From an uncultured Oligoflexus sp. (GTDB lineage Bacteria > Bdellovibrionota_B > Oligoflexia > Oligoflexales > Oligoflexaceae), in NCBI GenBank assembly GCA_964236955.1, contig CAXSGP010000052.1, positions 1-32,005 of the forward strand: a DNA stretch of 32,005 nucleotides, written 5' to 3'. Of the stretch, positions 18,501 through 27,001 are shown one piece after another. Below the pieces are notes generated by a model. It saw nothing but the letters and a program-made list of their open reading frames with translations. It did not search any database and had not been told where the DNA came from. Position numbers and translations under genes: made by a program. Positions within the stretch are counted from its first letter, which is position 1. Each line of letters starts with the position of its first letter.

Positions 18501-21500
18501 CGAGTGCCGGCTGAGTATTACGGGTTTGTTTCAGGCGCACTTCCGATTGATCGTCGATGCCCCGCGGGAAAATGGTTGAAAGCCATGGCTCGCCGATGGT
18601 GAGATATTCTCTGAGCTGAGGAAAGGTATGGAAGAGTTCGGCGCCCATGTTAAGGCTTTGGCTACCTTGTCCTGAAAACAGGACTGCGATTTTACCGGTT
18701 GGCTTAGCGCGGGCGGAATGCAGCCCTTTGGTCGACTTCTTTGCCAATGCCGCATCGATTTTAAGGGCGAGATCCTGAGTGGAAAGGGCGACGATGGCAA
18801 CTTCCACCAGACCGTTGCGCAGCTGGTCAACACTTTGGGCCAGGCGTCCCAGATCGAGATCAGGATTTCTTTGCAGTATCTCTTTGACAAGCTTGAGCTG
18901 ATCGTCTGAACGGAACAAAAAGAGTTCTGCCGCCCGGGATCGACTGGCCGGAAGGGGCAGCGCCAGAGGCATTGGTAAGGGCAACGTGTGATGGACACCA
19001 CCGGATCCAGGCTCATGGGATACCAAAACCGCATGAAAGTTTGTGCCGCCAAAACCAAAGGCACTCACCCCCGCTTTACGCGAAGCGCTCGTCCAAGGCA
19101 CGGCTATGGGACTAAAGAAGAATGGGCTGGCTTTCGGTTTATAGCCCGGATTGGGATTCGAAACGTGAAGCGTCGGTGGAATGATACCGTGATAGATAGC
19201 GAGACTGGATTTAATCACACCCGCAAGGCCGGCTGCGCATTTGGAATGGCCTATCTGTGATTTTACAGATCCCAGCGCACAGGTTCGGGTCAAGGCGCCA
19301 GCCTCGGAAAAGACTTCGGCCAGGGTTTCCATCTCCGTGCGATCGCCAACGACCGTTCCCGTGCCATGGGCTTCGACCAGCTCAATTTCGGCCGGACTGA
19401 CTCCAGCCCGCTCATAGGCGCGATGCAGGGCCCTTATTTGGCCTTCTTTACGCGGGGCGGTCAGCCCGAGGCTCTTGCCATCGCTTGAAGAGCCAACGCC
19501 CTTCACGACTGCATAGACCCTATCCTTGTCCCGTATCGCATCCTTCAGACGTTTTAACACGACGACGGCGATGCCTTCAGCCAGGACGATACCATCTGCC
19601 TCCGCTGAGAAAGGTCGGGACCTGCCTGTAGGCGACAGCGCTTTCACGCTCGAAAACATGAGGTAATCGTTGATACTGTTATGAAGGTCCGCACCACCGC
19701 AAAGCACCATATCGCTTTCGCCAGCCAGTAATTCCTTCACCGATAAATCGAGGGCGGCAAGCGAAGAGGCACAGGCGGCATCGACAGTATAGTTGGATCC
19801 ACCAAGGTCCAGGCGGTTGGCTATTCTGCCCGAGATGACGTTGGCAAGCACCCCTGGGAATGAATCTTCGGTCAAAGACGGTAAGAAATCATCGAGACCT
19901 TGGGGAATCGGACCGGCAAACTGTGGAAATGCGGCGCGAAATCCATAGGCCGAAGCCAGATCAGTACCGGCTTCCGCACCAAAAATCACGGAGGTCCGTT
20001 CGCGATCAAAGGCTTTTGAGGCATAACCCGCATCGTCCAGCGCTTTTTTTGCGACCTTTAAACTGAGGAGTTGGGTCGGCTCGATAGCCGCCATCGAATT
20101 GGGGGGAATGCCGAATTCCAGGGGATCAAATTCCGCAGCATCGATGAAACCGCCCCATTTTGAAATCGATTTATTGGCTTCGCCGATTTTTGTTGTGAAG
20201 TAGGTATCCTTATTCCAGCGCGAATCAGGAACCTCGCTGACGAGATCGGCTCCCACCAGGATATTTTTCCAATAGGCATCGAGATCACGGGCTCCCGGAT
20301 AGATGCAGGCCATGCCGATAATCGCCACGTTTGCAGCGGCGCGCGCCGCTTCGCCCTTGACATCGAAATCCTTCAATATAGCTGTCGAGCCAACACTTAT
20401 CGTGTCATGCAATTCCTTCATCGTGCACAATTCGTTGCGCATCTGCGCCACCTGCCCCAACATAAACAGGCCTTCGTCGATCTGTCTTTCCTCAGCGACA
20501 GGAACCAGCTCGTTGCCAATTCTTTCAAGACCCTTGGACGCCATGCGCAGGCGCCCGACATTGAGGCCCTCAAGTTCCGCCCAGATTTCCTTGGCTTCAA
20601 CTTTTTTGGCACGAAGCTCGTCTTTCTTCGCGGCAAAGGCCGCGACGAAAGGAGTTTTTGCACAGCGGGTCGCGTGACCTGGTGCCGTCTCAAGCAAGGC
20701 CGTTTCATCACAAAGCAAGGCTTCGTCTTGAAAGCGTTTGAGGATCGCCCCGCTACTTACCGCTTCCGCAGTGAACAGATAGGCCGTTCCCACCAACACA
20801 CCGACTTTAGCGCCCCGTGCCGAAAGTGGAGCTGCCATCGCCGCAACCAAGGCGCCTGATAAGGCATCATGAACGCCACCAGCAAAGAATATTTCCAGCT
20901 CATGAACCACATCCGAGGCAAGGAGTATTTCTATCTGGGTATCCCAAAGCACAAAACTACTGCGAGGCCCGACGTGACCACCGCACTCCCGCCCTTCAAA
21001 GACGAAACGGCGTGCGCCTTCTTTTAAAAACTGCTTGAGCAAACCGGGCGAAGGCACATGTAAATAGGTCTTGATACCGCGTTTTTCAAACGCCACGGTT
21101 TGAGAAGGGCGGCCGCCTGCGATCAGAACGGCTGAGGGATTAAAATCGGCCAGAACCTCGAGCTGGTCTCGGTGCAGATCTTCGGGCACAAAACCGAGGA
21201 TTCCGACGCCCCATGGCAAGCTTCCCAATTGCTCTCTGGTCTGCGTAAGGAGTTCCCGCGCCGCTTTTTTGCCCATTAAAGATAGAGCGAGAAAGGGTAA
21301 TGCACCTTGTTCGGCGACCGCATGAATAAATTCCGGGCGATCACTCACCCTTGTCATCGGCCCCTGCGCAATAGCATAACGGGTCGAATTTGCCTCAGCC
21401 ATGGGGCAATTGGGTCGAAGGGCAAGATGAGCCTTGGCCTGACGCAGATGGCCTTGAATCGATCGTTTTAGAGATTGGACGAGAGTTCTGACTCCCCGAT

Positions 21501-22308
21501 GGCGTTCGGCAAGCGAGCGGGCGAAACATAGATCCTGACCAGCCGGGATAATGTTACCTTTCAGCGACCAGGCACCCAGCCGACTGATAAATTCATCGAT
21601 GGATATATCCTCTTCGAGAGGCAACTTGAGATCGGGTCGATAGAATACCTGATGGCCGTGAATTATACGTGTTTCCGTTCCTTCGACATGTTCCATCGCT
21701 TTTTTCAGCTCTTCCCCAAGACCGCATTCACGCATCAGTGCCAGCTGCGAATCGAGGACGACACCGGCTGCTCCGGCGAGGATGCATGCGGCTGCGGAAT
21801 GCATGCCAATTCCGCCTTGAACCCAAAAAGGCACATTGAGGCCTTTAATCTCTTGAAGAAGTATGAGACTGGAAGACGTCCCAATGCGTCCGCCACTTTC
21901 AGATCCTTTTATTATAAGGCCATCTGGCCTGTCATCAGCAAGCCGTGACACGTCGATAAGTTCACGCGCTTCGGCAAGAGAACAGACCTGTAGCCAAATC
22001 TGTCGTCCAGCACTTCGCCATGCTTTGAGAGTAAAGCTGCTGGCAGCGGCCTGTATATTCTTGGCGTCCAAAACCAAATGGGTAACCTGCTCAGGCAAGT
22101 CACTGGGCTGGTAGTGTTTAACGTCGGGGACTCGCACGCCGAAAGATTGCAATCCGTGCTCTATAAGGTTTTGCAGTGCCGCCTGCGCAAGATCCTTTTG
22201 CCTTCCCAAATCTAAAATTCCGATGCCGCCAGCTTTAACCAGGGCTTCGACCAATCCAACATCAGGAGTTTCAAAAGGGGACATGCCAATGACTGATTTA
22301 AACATCAT
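15523..22308 (-). CDS. iterative type I PKS (PfaA/HglE-like) with N-terminal FMN-dependent enoyl-reductase region: ER-KS-AT-ACP-KR
   Basis: Two FabK/nitronate-monooxygenase-like units (KGSESGGR; AQGPMTRVSD, EGRECGGH, FAGGVHD); KS DAACASS, HGTGT, IGHSK; AT GHSYGE, AFHS; ACP DLSIDSIKR; KR GGARGIA, HAAGVL, YAAAN. Confidence 0.95.
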   Translation of the reverse strand: MMFKSVIGMSPFETPDVGLVEALVKAGGIGILDLGRQKDLAQAALQNLIEHGLQSFGVRVPDVKHYQPSDLPEQVTHLVLDAKNIQAAASSFTLKAWRSAGRQIWLQVCSLAEARELIDVSRLADDRPDGLIIKGSESGGRIGTSSSLILLQEIKGLNVPFWVQGGIGMHSAAACILAGAAGVVLDSQLALMRECGLGEELKKAMEHVEGTETRIIHGHQVFYRPDLKLPLEEDISIDEFISRLGAWSLKGNIIPAGQDLCFARSLAERHRGVRTLVQSLKRSIQGHLRQAKAHLALRPNCPMAEANSTRYAIAQGPMTRVSDRPEFIHAVAEQGALPFLALSLMGKKAARELLTQTREQLGSLPWGVGILGFVPEDLHRDQLEVLADFNPSAVLIAGGRPSQTVAFEKRGIKTYLHVPSPGLLKQFLKEGARRFVFEGRECGGHVGPRSSFVLWDTQIEILLASDVVHELEIFFAGGVHDALSGALVAAMAAPLSARGAKVGVLVGTAYLFTAEAVSSGAILKRFQDEALLCDETALLETAPGHATRCAKTPFVAAFAAKKDELRAKKVEAKEIWAELEGLNVGRLRMASKGLERIGNELVPVAEERQIDEGLFMLGQVAQMRNELCTMKELHDTISVGSTAILKDFDVKGEAARAAANVAIIGMACIYPGARDLDAYWKNILVGADLVSEVPDSRWNKDTYFTTKIGEANKSISKWGGFIDAAEFDPLEFGIPPNSMAAIEPTQLLSLKVAKKALDDAGYASKAFDRERTSVIFGAEAGTDLASAYGFRAAFPQFAGPIPQGLDDFLPSLTEDSFPGVLANVISGRIANRLDLGGSNYTVDAACASSLAALDLSVKELLAGESDMVLCGGADLHNSINDYLMFSSVKALSPTGRSRPFSAEADGIVLAEGIAVVVLKRLKDAIRDKDRVYAVVKGVGSSSDGKSLGLTAPRKEGQIRALHRAYERAGVSPAEIELVEAHGTGTVVGDRTEMETLAEVFSEAGALTRTCALGSVKSQIGHSKCAAGLAGVIKSSLAIYHGIIPPTLHVSNPNPGYKPKASPFFFSPIAVPWTSASRKAGVSAFGFGGTNFHAVLVSHEPGSGGVHHTLPLPMPLALPLPASRSRAAELFLFRSDDQLKLVKEILQRNPDLDLGRLAQSVDQLRNGLVEVAIVALSTQDLALKIDAALAKKSTKGLHSARAKPTGKIAVLFSGQGSQSLNMGAELFHTFPQLREYLTIGEPWLSTIFPRGIDDQSEVRLKQTRNTQPALGIVDMAFYTLLKSFGIEADLLGGHSYGELVAFCAAESITPSQLLALSEARAKAIETAALGTKGSMAAVTAGLAEVSAAIKDLDVSIANHNSPTQVVISGATSAIELAILHLKTLGLNAQKIQVSCAFHSPLLAKAEALFAGALETVEFKAPRRTIYSNTTALVHDASAIKASLARQIVKPVKFVQQIEQMHNDGARIFLEVGPGAVLKGLIERILDGKPQVTRSLGRNGNSLEQFLDLIAELASLNFSINTDVLYTERGLAGYDLTKLSKHEPSRTLWLVNGHLSQPKFGAIPKGGLKPGEYTLNMSSTGPNDSDLNSLYANDTRESVIKAYLQSMRQLVDSQKQVMLQFLGADQPAGVAPVSLAKNPAKASEPSLQASQKPEIIPVPVSAEKVAARPQPLDIPAMVLAVVSLKTGYPSDMLDLDQDLEADLSIDSIKRFEILAELGERLGDQLSESRGALEKLSWIKTLRQLISALEAQMQTAAPAASAPLVTGPAAPALAAAPETAPIENLVSQYLFRIEEAPLPQSEGQDLYGRKYTLLVDHKGVALSLAELLKARGAEVKMLQQNESDQVTAGEVTADGLILLSLLDEVGSHATEVFKTIKEACRKNVQSIIGVTGRGGTFGHTGSTSSTDKNRGISGLFKSLAKEYSDKLVKIIDLDLNESPDGLAEHVLTELLAADPLVEVGYVGNVRRQIVAVPLLTEWGPEKLSLDKNSVVLMLGGARGIAAQVATKLAEQYGCRFEIVGRTPMVLPEDAATQGIADIQGLRNHFIRAKGFKKPSEIEAECRRIMNDREMRETFQRLESLGCRTRYHCFDVRNKAKLSALIDDLYAQGRIDGVIHAAGVLRDSLILEKSPESFNLVFETKVNPAEVLEAKLQSDVKFVALFSSVSGCFGNRGQTDYAAANNALDHVARSLGKKVKGRTLSINWGPWAGTGMVTAELEHEYKRRGIGLIPPSIGSQRFLDELRFGDHSTRQVVIMSGSPESFGYS

Positions 22309-23515
22309 AGATTTGACTACCTTACTTTTCTCTTGGTTCTGATGGATAAGCGGTGAGGTTTCCCTCTAAAACCTGTACCCCGGCCTTTTATAAGGCTACG
22401 CACAGCTTTCGAAAGCTCTTTTTAGGGCAAATTACTCTTGCAAAAATAACGACGCGTCAGCGGTCGAGGGTTATTCCCAGGCCGCTTCGTTGACTTCGCG
22501 ATCGACTGACTTATTTTGCATAGTCACCATCGACAACAAGATGGTTATTCAGCTTTGGATCACGATGCAAAGGAGCCCTGCAATGGGGAATTTTGAAAAG
22601 CCCACATACCGGACCTCGACTGCTTCAGTTATCAGATTGGAGTTGGCTTGCCCTTAGTCTTACGTCGCTGATCAGCAAGTTATGATCTCTCTATCATTGC
22701 AGTCAAGAACAAAGCTTCGATCACCCATCTAGCCACAGCGCCGCTTGCGTCGGGGTTTGGACCGGAAATTCATATTCACTTCATCTGTATGAGAATAAAC
22801 TTCAAAAATATAGGACATCTCGGTGCAGACAATATGCCGGACAATCAGGATCCCTTGTCAGAAAGGACAGAAAGAAATACTGCATAGGAACGGCAAGCCG
22901 TTTACTTTTGCCGGGTTTTAAGGCCAATTTGGGCCATAAGCTCATTCGAGCATTCAGCTTACACTTTAGGAATTTTAACTGAAATTTTGGCCATTTATCA
23001 ATCGAGGCCAGGCACAGAGACCTAGAGTAGGAAAAGCTACAAAGCCAAGTGCTATTCAGAAAAAATAAACTAACAGCACCTCGTTTCCAAGCGGACCGCC
23101 GGAAATTTTCTACCGCTGTACGCCTTTGGAGTCAACCTTATAGAAATTTCAGGCAAAGAAAGTTCGCGGTGAGTTAAGAAAATTTAAAGCTTTGCAAAGT
23201 TTTTAAAAAAAACCGCTTTTGTGCCTTAGTAAAGAAAGCAAAACTTCCGGCAAGAATTTTCCCCCTTAACGATAGCTGGTAGAGGAACTCATCGCTAAGC
23301 TTGAAGAAGATGCCAGTTAAGCGTTTGAAAAATAGAGGTGCCCCTATCGAAATTCCTTTTTCAGGCTGATAGATTTTCGCTTTATGCCTATCGATTTCGA
23401 TAGCGCCGCCAGGCTGACTAGAAGTAAAATTATAAGAACCGAGCGCCCTTACCGTGGATATTCGAACTTATCAAGATACCCCTATTCCTTACGTTATCCA
23501 GGAAAGGCACCTTTT

Positions 23516-24274
23516 ATGAAGTGCTTATGGTTTGTATGGGCTCTTATAAATTTTGAGTCGCCTCTTTTTGCGCAGTCCAATGACCCTAGCGATTCTTACC
23601 AGGCTGACTCCCATACAGGAGCGGAGGAAATGGCCAGACTGGGGCTAAGCCCTTGGCCCGACGACGTCGATACTCAGACCGAAACTTTTTACCCGCTTTG
23701 GCCAGAGTCGTTCGACACTCGGTCCTATACTCCCTATGTTCAAAATATTGCAATCATTTCCGGTAACGCAGCGACGATTGCCTGCCCTCCCTATTTCGGT
23801 AAAATTGATCTCGATCTCAATCAGTTCGCGGGCGGTCCGTATATTTTTATATGTTACGGAAAATCGGATAGCATTCGGGACACCCAAGGCGCCATCGAAG
23901 GTGTCACAGTCGAAGCTGTCTCTCTAGAGAATCCCCTCGCTCAAACTCAGGGTTGCCGAAGCGTGGTCAACGGAAGCTGTGTCAGTCATTTCGTAAACGC
24001 GATTCAACCGAGCAATGGTGATTTAAATCAGGGAGCTGGGGGCGAATATATCTATCTTGGCAAAACCGTTCGGCCTTGCATCAACGGTGCTTGCGATCCC
24101 GGAGCGAGTCCAAAGCGTTATCGCCTGCGCGAGTTAGCAGTGGTGGCGGGGCCAACTTTGGATATCCTATGCCCTAGCAGCTATACCAAGATCCCAATTG
24201 ATTTGAATCAAGGCGCTCGTGGTTCGCATATTTTTCTCTGTCAGATGGTCAAAATCGAATCAGAATTTGATTGA
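23516..24274 (+). CDS. secreted Cys-rich protein with three DLNQ.A.G.YI repeats (MABP-like beta-prism)
   Basis: Start MKCLWF with GGAAAGG upstream and signal-like N-terminus; repeats CPPYFGKIDLDLNQFAGGPYIFICY, GDLNQGAGGEYIYLG, CPSSYTKIPIDLNQGARGSHIFLC. Confidence 0.75.
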   Translation: MKCLWFVWALINFESPLFAQSNDPSDSYQADSHTGAEEMARLGLSPWPDDVDTQTETFYPLWPESFDTRSYTPYVQNIAIISGNAATIACPPYFGKIDLDLNQFAGGPYIFICYGKSDSIRDTQGAIEGVTVEAVSLENPLAQTQGCRSVVNGSCVSHFVNAIQPSNGDLNQGAGGEYIYLGKTVRPCINGACDPGASPKRYRLRELAVVAGPTLDILCPSSYTKIPIDLNQGARGSHIFLCQMVKIESEFD

Positions 24275-24579
24275 ACCAGGCTATTGGGGGGAGGCTATAA
24301 AAATAGGTTTCTCAGGTCTTAGCAAGGCTCGTCTAACCGGCCGGATTTTGCGAAATCTTACATTCGAAAATAATTATTTTTCAAAATGGGTGCAAATTCG
24401 TCGTAAAGATATGCTTGCCATTAGCTGGTGCGACATGCTTCAAACTCTTCCTTCCTTAAGCCTCAAGATCACTCCGCATTTCCCGATTTTTCGACAATAT
24501 CAAGTTACGCCTGCTCGATTATTCCACAGACCCTATGCAAAGCAGCCGAAGAGAAGGCAGCTTATGATGGAGGAATTAT

Positions 24580-26832
24580 ATGCGGACGACAGTGTTACAG
24601 AGGGTAGTGGCGGGAGGAATTGCAGCTTTGTTCCTTTGCGGTTCTGCCTATGCGGACGACTTAAGATTTCAGGTAAATTTAAAGTCTAAAAAGGCAGATC
24701 AAGGTAAAGAATGGTTGATGGAACGAGCGGTCCTCATAGAAGGGTCGAAACTTTTACTCAATGCCCAATTCGACTTTAGTGAATTGGCTTGTCAGGGGAC
24801 GACCGATGATGGTTGGCGTTGCACCGGGGCGATTATCGCGACCGGTGATTATTCGCCTGCGTCTCAACTCAGCTTCGACTGGAATAACAGCGGCGTTCGC
24901 GACGCCAACGAACCGACCTTCACCTCGCAGATCACCGCCAAGGCAAATGCCATGCAGGCGGCTGGCTTAGGCACGGTCGTATTGGCTACACCTATCTGCA
25001 GTTGCACCGTGTCCGCCTGTAGGGAAACGGTCTCTGTCAACATTCGCCAGGGTCATGGTGGAGCGGTCGTTTGGGGACCGGAAACTCAAGACGTTATGCT
25101 CAACGAATCCTGTCAGGTGCTCATGCTTCTCGGCAAACAGCTTCCTATCGACGACACGATACTCGCTAAGGACCCAAGTACCCTCTCACTTGGGTTTACC
25201 CTTAGAGGCACAGAGCAATCGCTTGATTTCTTACCTTTGAGCGGCAAAGCGGAAGCCGGTGCGGATGGTCCCGCTGGTCCTGCCGGACCCGCTGGTCCTC
25301 GTGGGCCTACCGGTGCCACAGGTTCGCGCGGTGATCTCGGCCCGGTTGGTCCTCAGGGTATTATTGGCCAAAAAGGTGCCGACGGAGCGCAAGGCCTTCG
25401 AGGCGAAGTTGGGCCGATCGGTCCTGGTGGGCCCATCGGTGCGCAAGGCCTTCGTGGTGAACAAGGTCCTGTCGGCCCAAGCGGTTCGCAAGGCCTACGG
25501 GGCACCGCAGGAGAAGAAGGTCCAAAAGGTGATAGAGGAGTAGTCGGACCCGCAGGACCGAGTGGATTGGCTGGAGCCGCAGGTGCTAAAGGTGAAGATG
25601 GTTTGAAAGGTGAAAAAGGCGACATCGGCGCGAGAGGGCCCAAAGGTGATATTGGTGAGGTCGGAGCCCGTGGTGCCACAGGTGATATTGGCCCGACGGG
25701 ATTACCAGGACAAAAAGGCGAAATCGGACCTCAAGGGGTTCAGGGATTGCGCGGCGATAAAGGGGATCTCGGCGATCGGGGTGCTACCGGTATTCAAGGC
25801 ATAAAAGGCGACAAAGGTGATGTGGGCCCGCTTGGACTCCCAGGCGCACCCGGTGCAGCCGGTGCTACCGGAGCTACCGGCCTGCAAGGTGTTAAAGGCG
25901 ACCGTGGAGAAATCGGTCCGCTCGGGCTCCCAGGCGCTCCCGGTGCCGCCGGTGCTACGGGTCCTAGCGGCGCACAGGGCCTCAAAGGTGATAAAGGTGA
26001 TGCTGGTGCCGTAGGTCCTATCGGCCTTCCCGGAGTTAAAGGGGATCGTGGCGACATCGGGTCGATTGGTCCTCAAGGGGCTAAAGGCGATATCGGATCA
26101 CAAGGCATTCAGGGTCTGCAAGGTCTTAAAGGTGATGCTGGTGTTCAAGGTGTTCAAGGCCCCATTGGGCTCAAAGGTGAGCGGGGGGAAATCGGCGCAA
26201 CCGGACTTTCGGGCCCCGCTGGTTTGAAAGGTGACAAGGGAGCAACGGGTGATGCGGGCCCAGTCGGCGCGACAGGTGCCACGGGTATAAAAGGTGATAC
26301 CGGTGCCCCTGGTCCGCTTGGTCTTCGCGGCGAACAGGGTTTGGCCGGGGCGAAAGGGGATAAGGGCGATACGGGGCAAGTGGGTCCTATCGGTCCGAGA
26401 GGGGACCAGGGTATCAATGGTCCAGCCGGTGTGGCCGGTGCCAAAGGTGATCAGGGTGCTGATGGCCCACGAGGACTTCGCGGCGACACGGGTCCCGTCG
26501 GTCCTGTAGGTCCCGTTGGTTTGCCGGGTGTGGCCGGGCCAGCAGGTCCTCAGGGCAACCAAGGCCCTAAAGGCGAAACCGGCGCTCCAGGCGTTGGCAT
26601 CACAGGTGCTACAGGAGCAGTCGGACCGGAAGGTCCTCGTGGCCAAAAAGGAGAATCGGGCGCCACAGGTGCCAGCGGTGCCCCGGGTCCTGTCGGTCCT
26701 CAAGGCCCGGAAGGTCCCCGAGGGGCGCGTGGTGAATCCGGTCTTACCCAGGATTTATCGGGAATTCTCGCGCGTCTCAATGCATTGGAACGCGCTGCCG
26801 GTATCGGTAAAACCACGATAAACAGCAAATAG
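24580..26832 (+). CDS. secreted collagen-like protein (globular N-domain, Gly-X-Y helix, short C-terminal coiled coil)
   Basis: GGAGGA SD; signal peptide ending AYA; Gly-X-Y over 25258-26748; ends LSGILARLNALERAAG. Confidence 0.93.
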   Translation: MRTTVLQRVVAGGIAALFLCGSAYADDLRFQVNLKSKKADQGKEWLMERAVLIEGSKLLLNAQFDFSELACQGTTDDGWRCTGAIIATGDYSPASQLSFDWNNSGVRDANEPTFTSQITAKANAMQAAGLGTVVLATPICSCTVSACRETVSVNIRQGHGGAVVWGPETQDVMLNESCQVLMLLGKQLPIDDTILAKDPSTLSLGFTLRGTEQSLDFLPLSGKAEAGADGPAGPAGPAGPRGPTGATGSRGDLGPVGPQGIIGQKGADGAQGLRGEVGPIGPGGPIGAQGLRGEQGPVGPSGSQGLRGTAGEEGPKGDRGVVGPAGPSGLAGAAGAKGEDGLKGEKGDIGARGPKGDIGEVGARGATGDIGPTGLPGQKGEIGPQGVQGLRGDKGDLGDRGATGIQGIKGDKGDVGPLGLPGAPGAAGATGATGLQGVKGDRGEIGPLGLPGAPGAAGATGPSGAQGLKGDKGDAGAVGPIGLPGVKGDRGDIGSIGPQGAKGDIGSQGIQGLQGLKGDAGVQGVQGPIGLKGERGEIGATGLSGPAGLKGDKGATGDAGPVGATGATGIKGDTGAPGPLGLRGEQGLAGAKGDKGDTGQVGPIGPRGDQGINGPAGVAGAKGDQGADGPRGLRGDTGPVGPVGPVGLPGVAGPAGPQGNQGPKGETGAPGVGITGATGAVGPEGPRGQKGESGATGASGAPGPVGPQGPEGPRGARGESGLTQDLSGILARLNALERAAGIGKTTINSK
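25258..26748 (+). repeat. Gly-X-Y collagen repeat, 165 triplets with a single Gly-Val interruption
   Basis: 497 codons; Gly register broken only at GAP-GV-GIT. Confidence 0.92.
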
Positions 26833-27001
26833 TTTCTTCTTTTCAAGGCTGCTTCCTCGTTCAACTTTTTGGATGTCCATCATTCCGGAGTTGTGCGGGA
26901 AGCGGCTTTTTTTCATTCGATTCGAAACGAGCATGCTATAAAAGAAAGAGGTTGTCCTGAGACATAATCTTTTTCGAGCCAATATTCTGCCAGAGGGCCT
27001 T

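Noticed and set aside
15523..22308. Calling the PKS an enediyne PksE or a canonical EPA/DHA PfaA
   Set aside because: It has an ER fusion, no in-cis DH/PPTase and no hot-dog thioesterase as expected for PksE; it has a single ACP and no PfaC-like KS-CLF/FabA-DH as expected for PUFA synthases
23110..23117. ops-like AGCGGTAG on the minus strand upstream of the PKS
   Set aside because: Imperfect match to GGCGGTAG, about 800 nt from the start, and no RfaH/NusG paralogue in the window
25113..26703. Pro-rich antisense and alternate-frame ORFs over the collagen gene (also at 31130-31981)
   Set aside because: Shadow ORFs produced by GGN periodicity
25258..26748. Five RGD triplets in the collagen as integrin ligands
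   Set aside because: Expected from charged Gly-X-Y composition and generally cryptic in a triple helix
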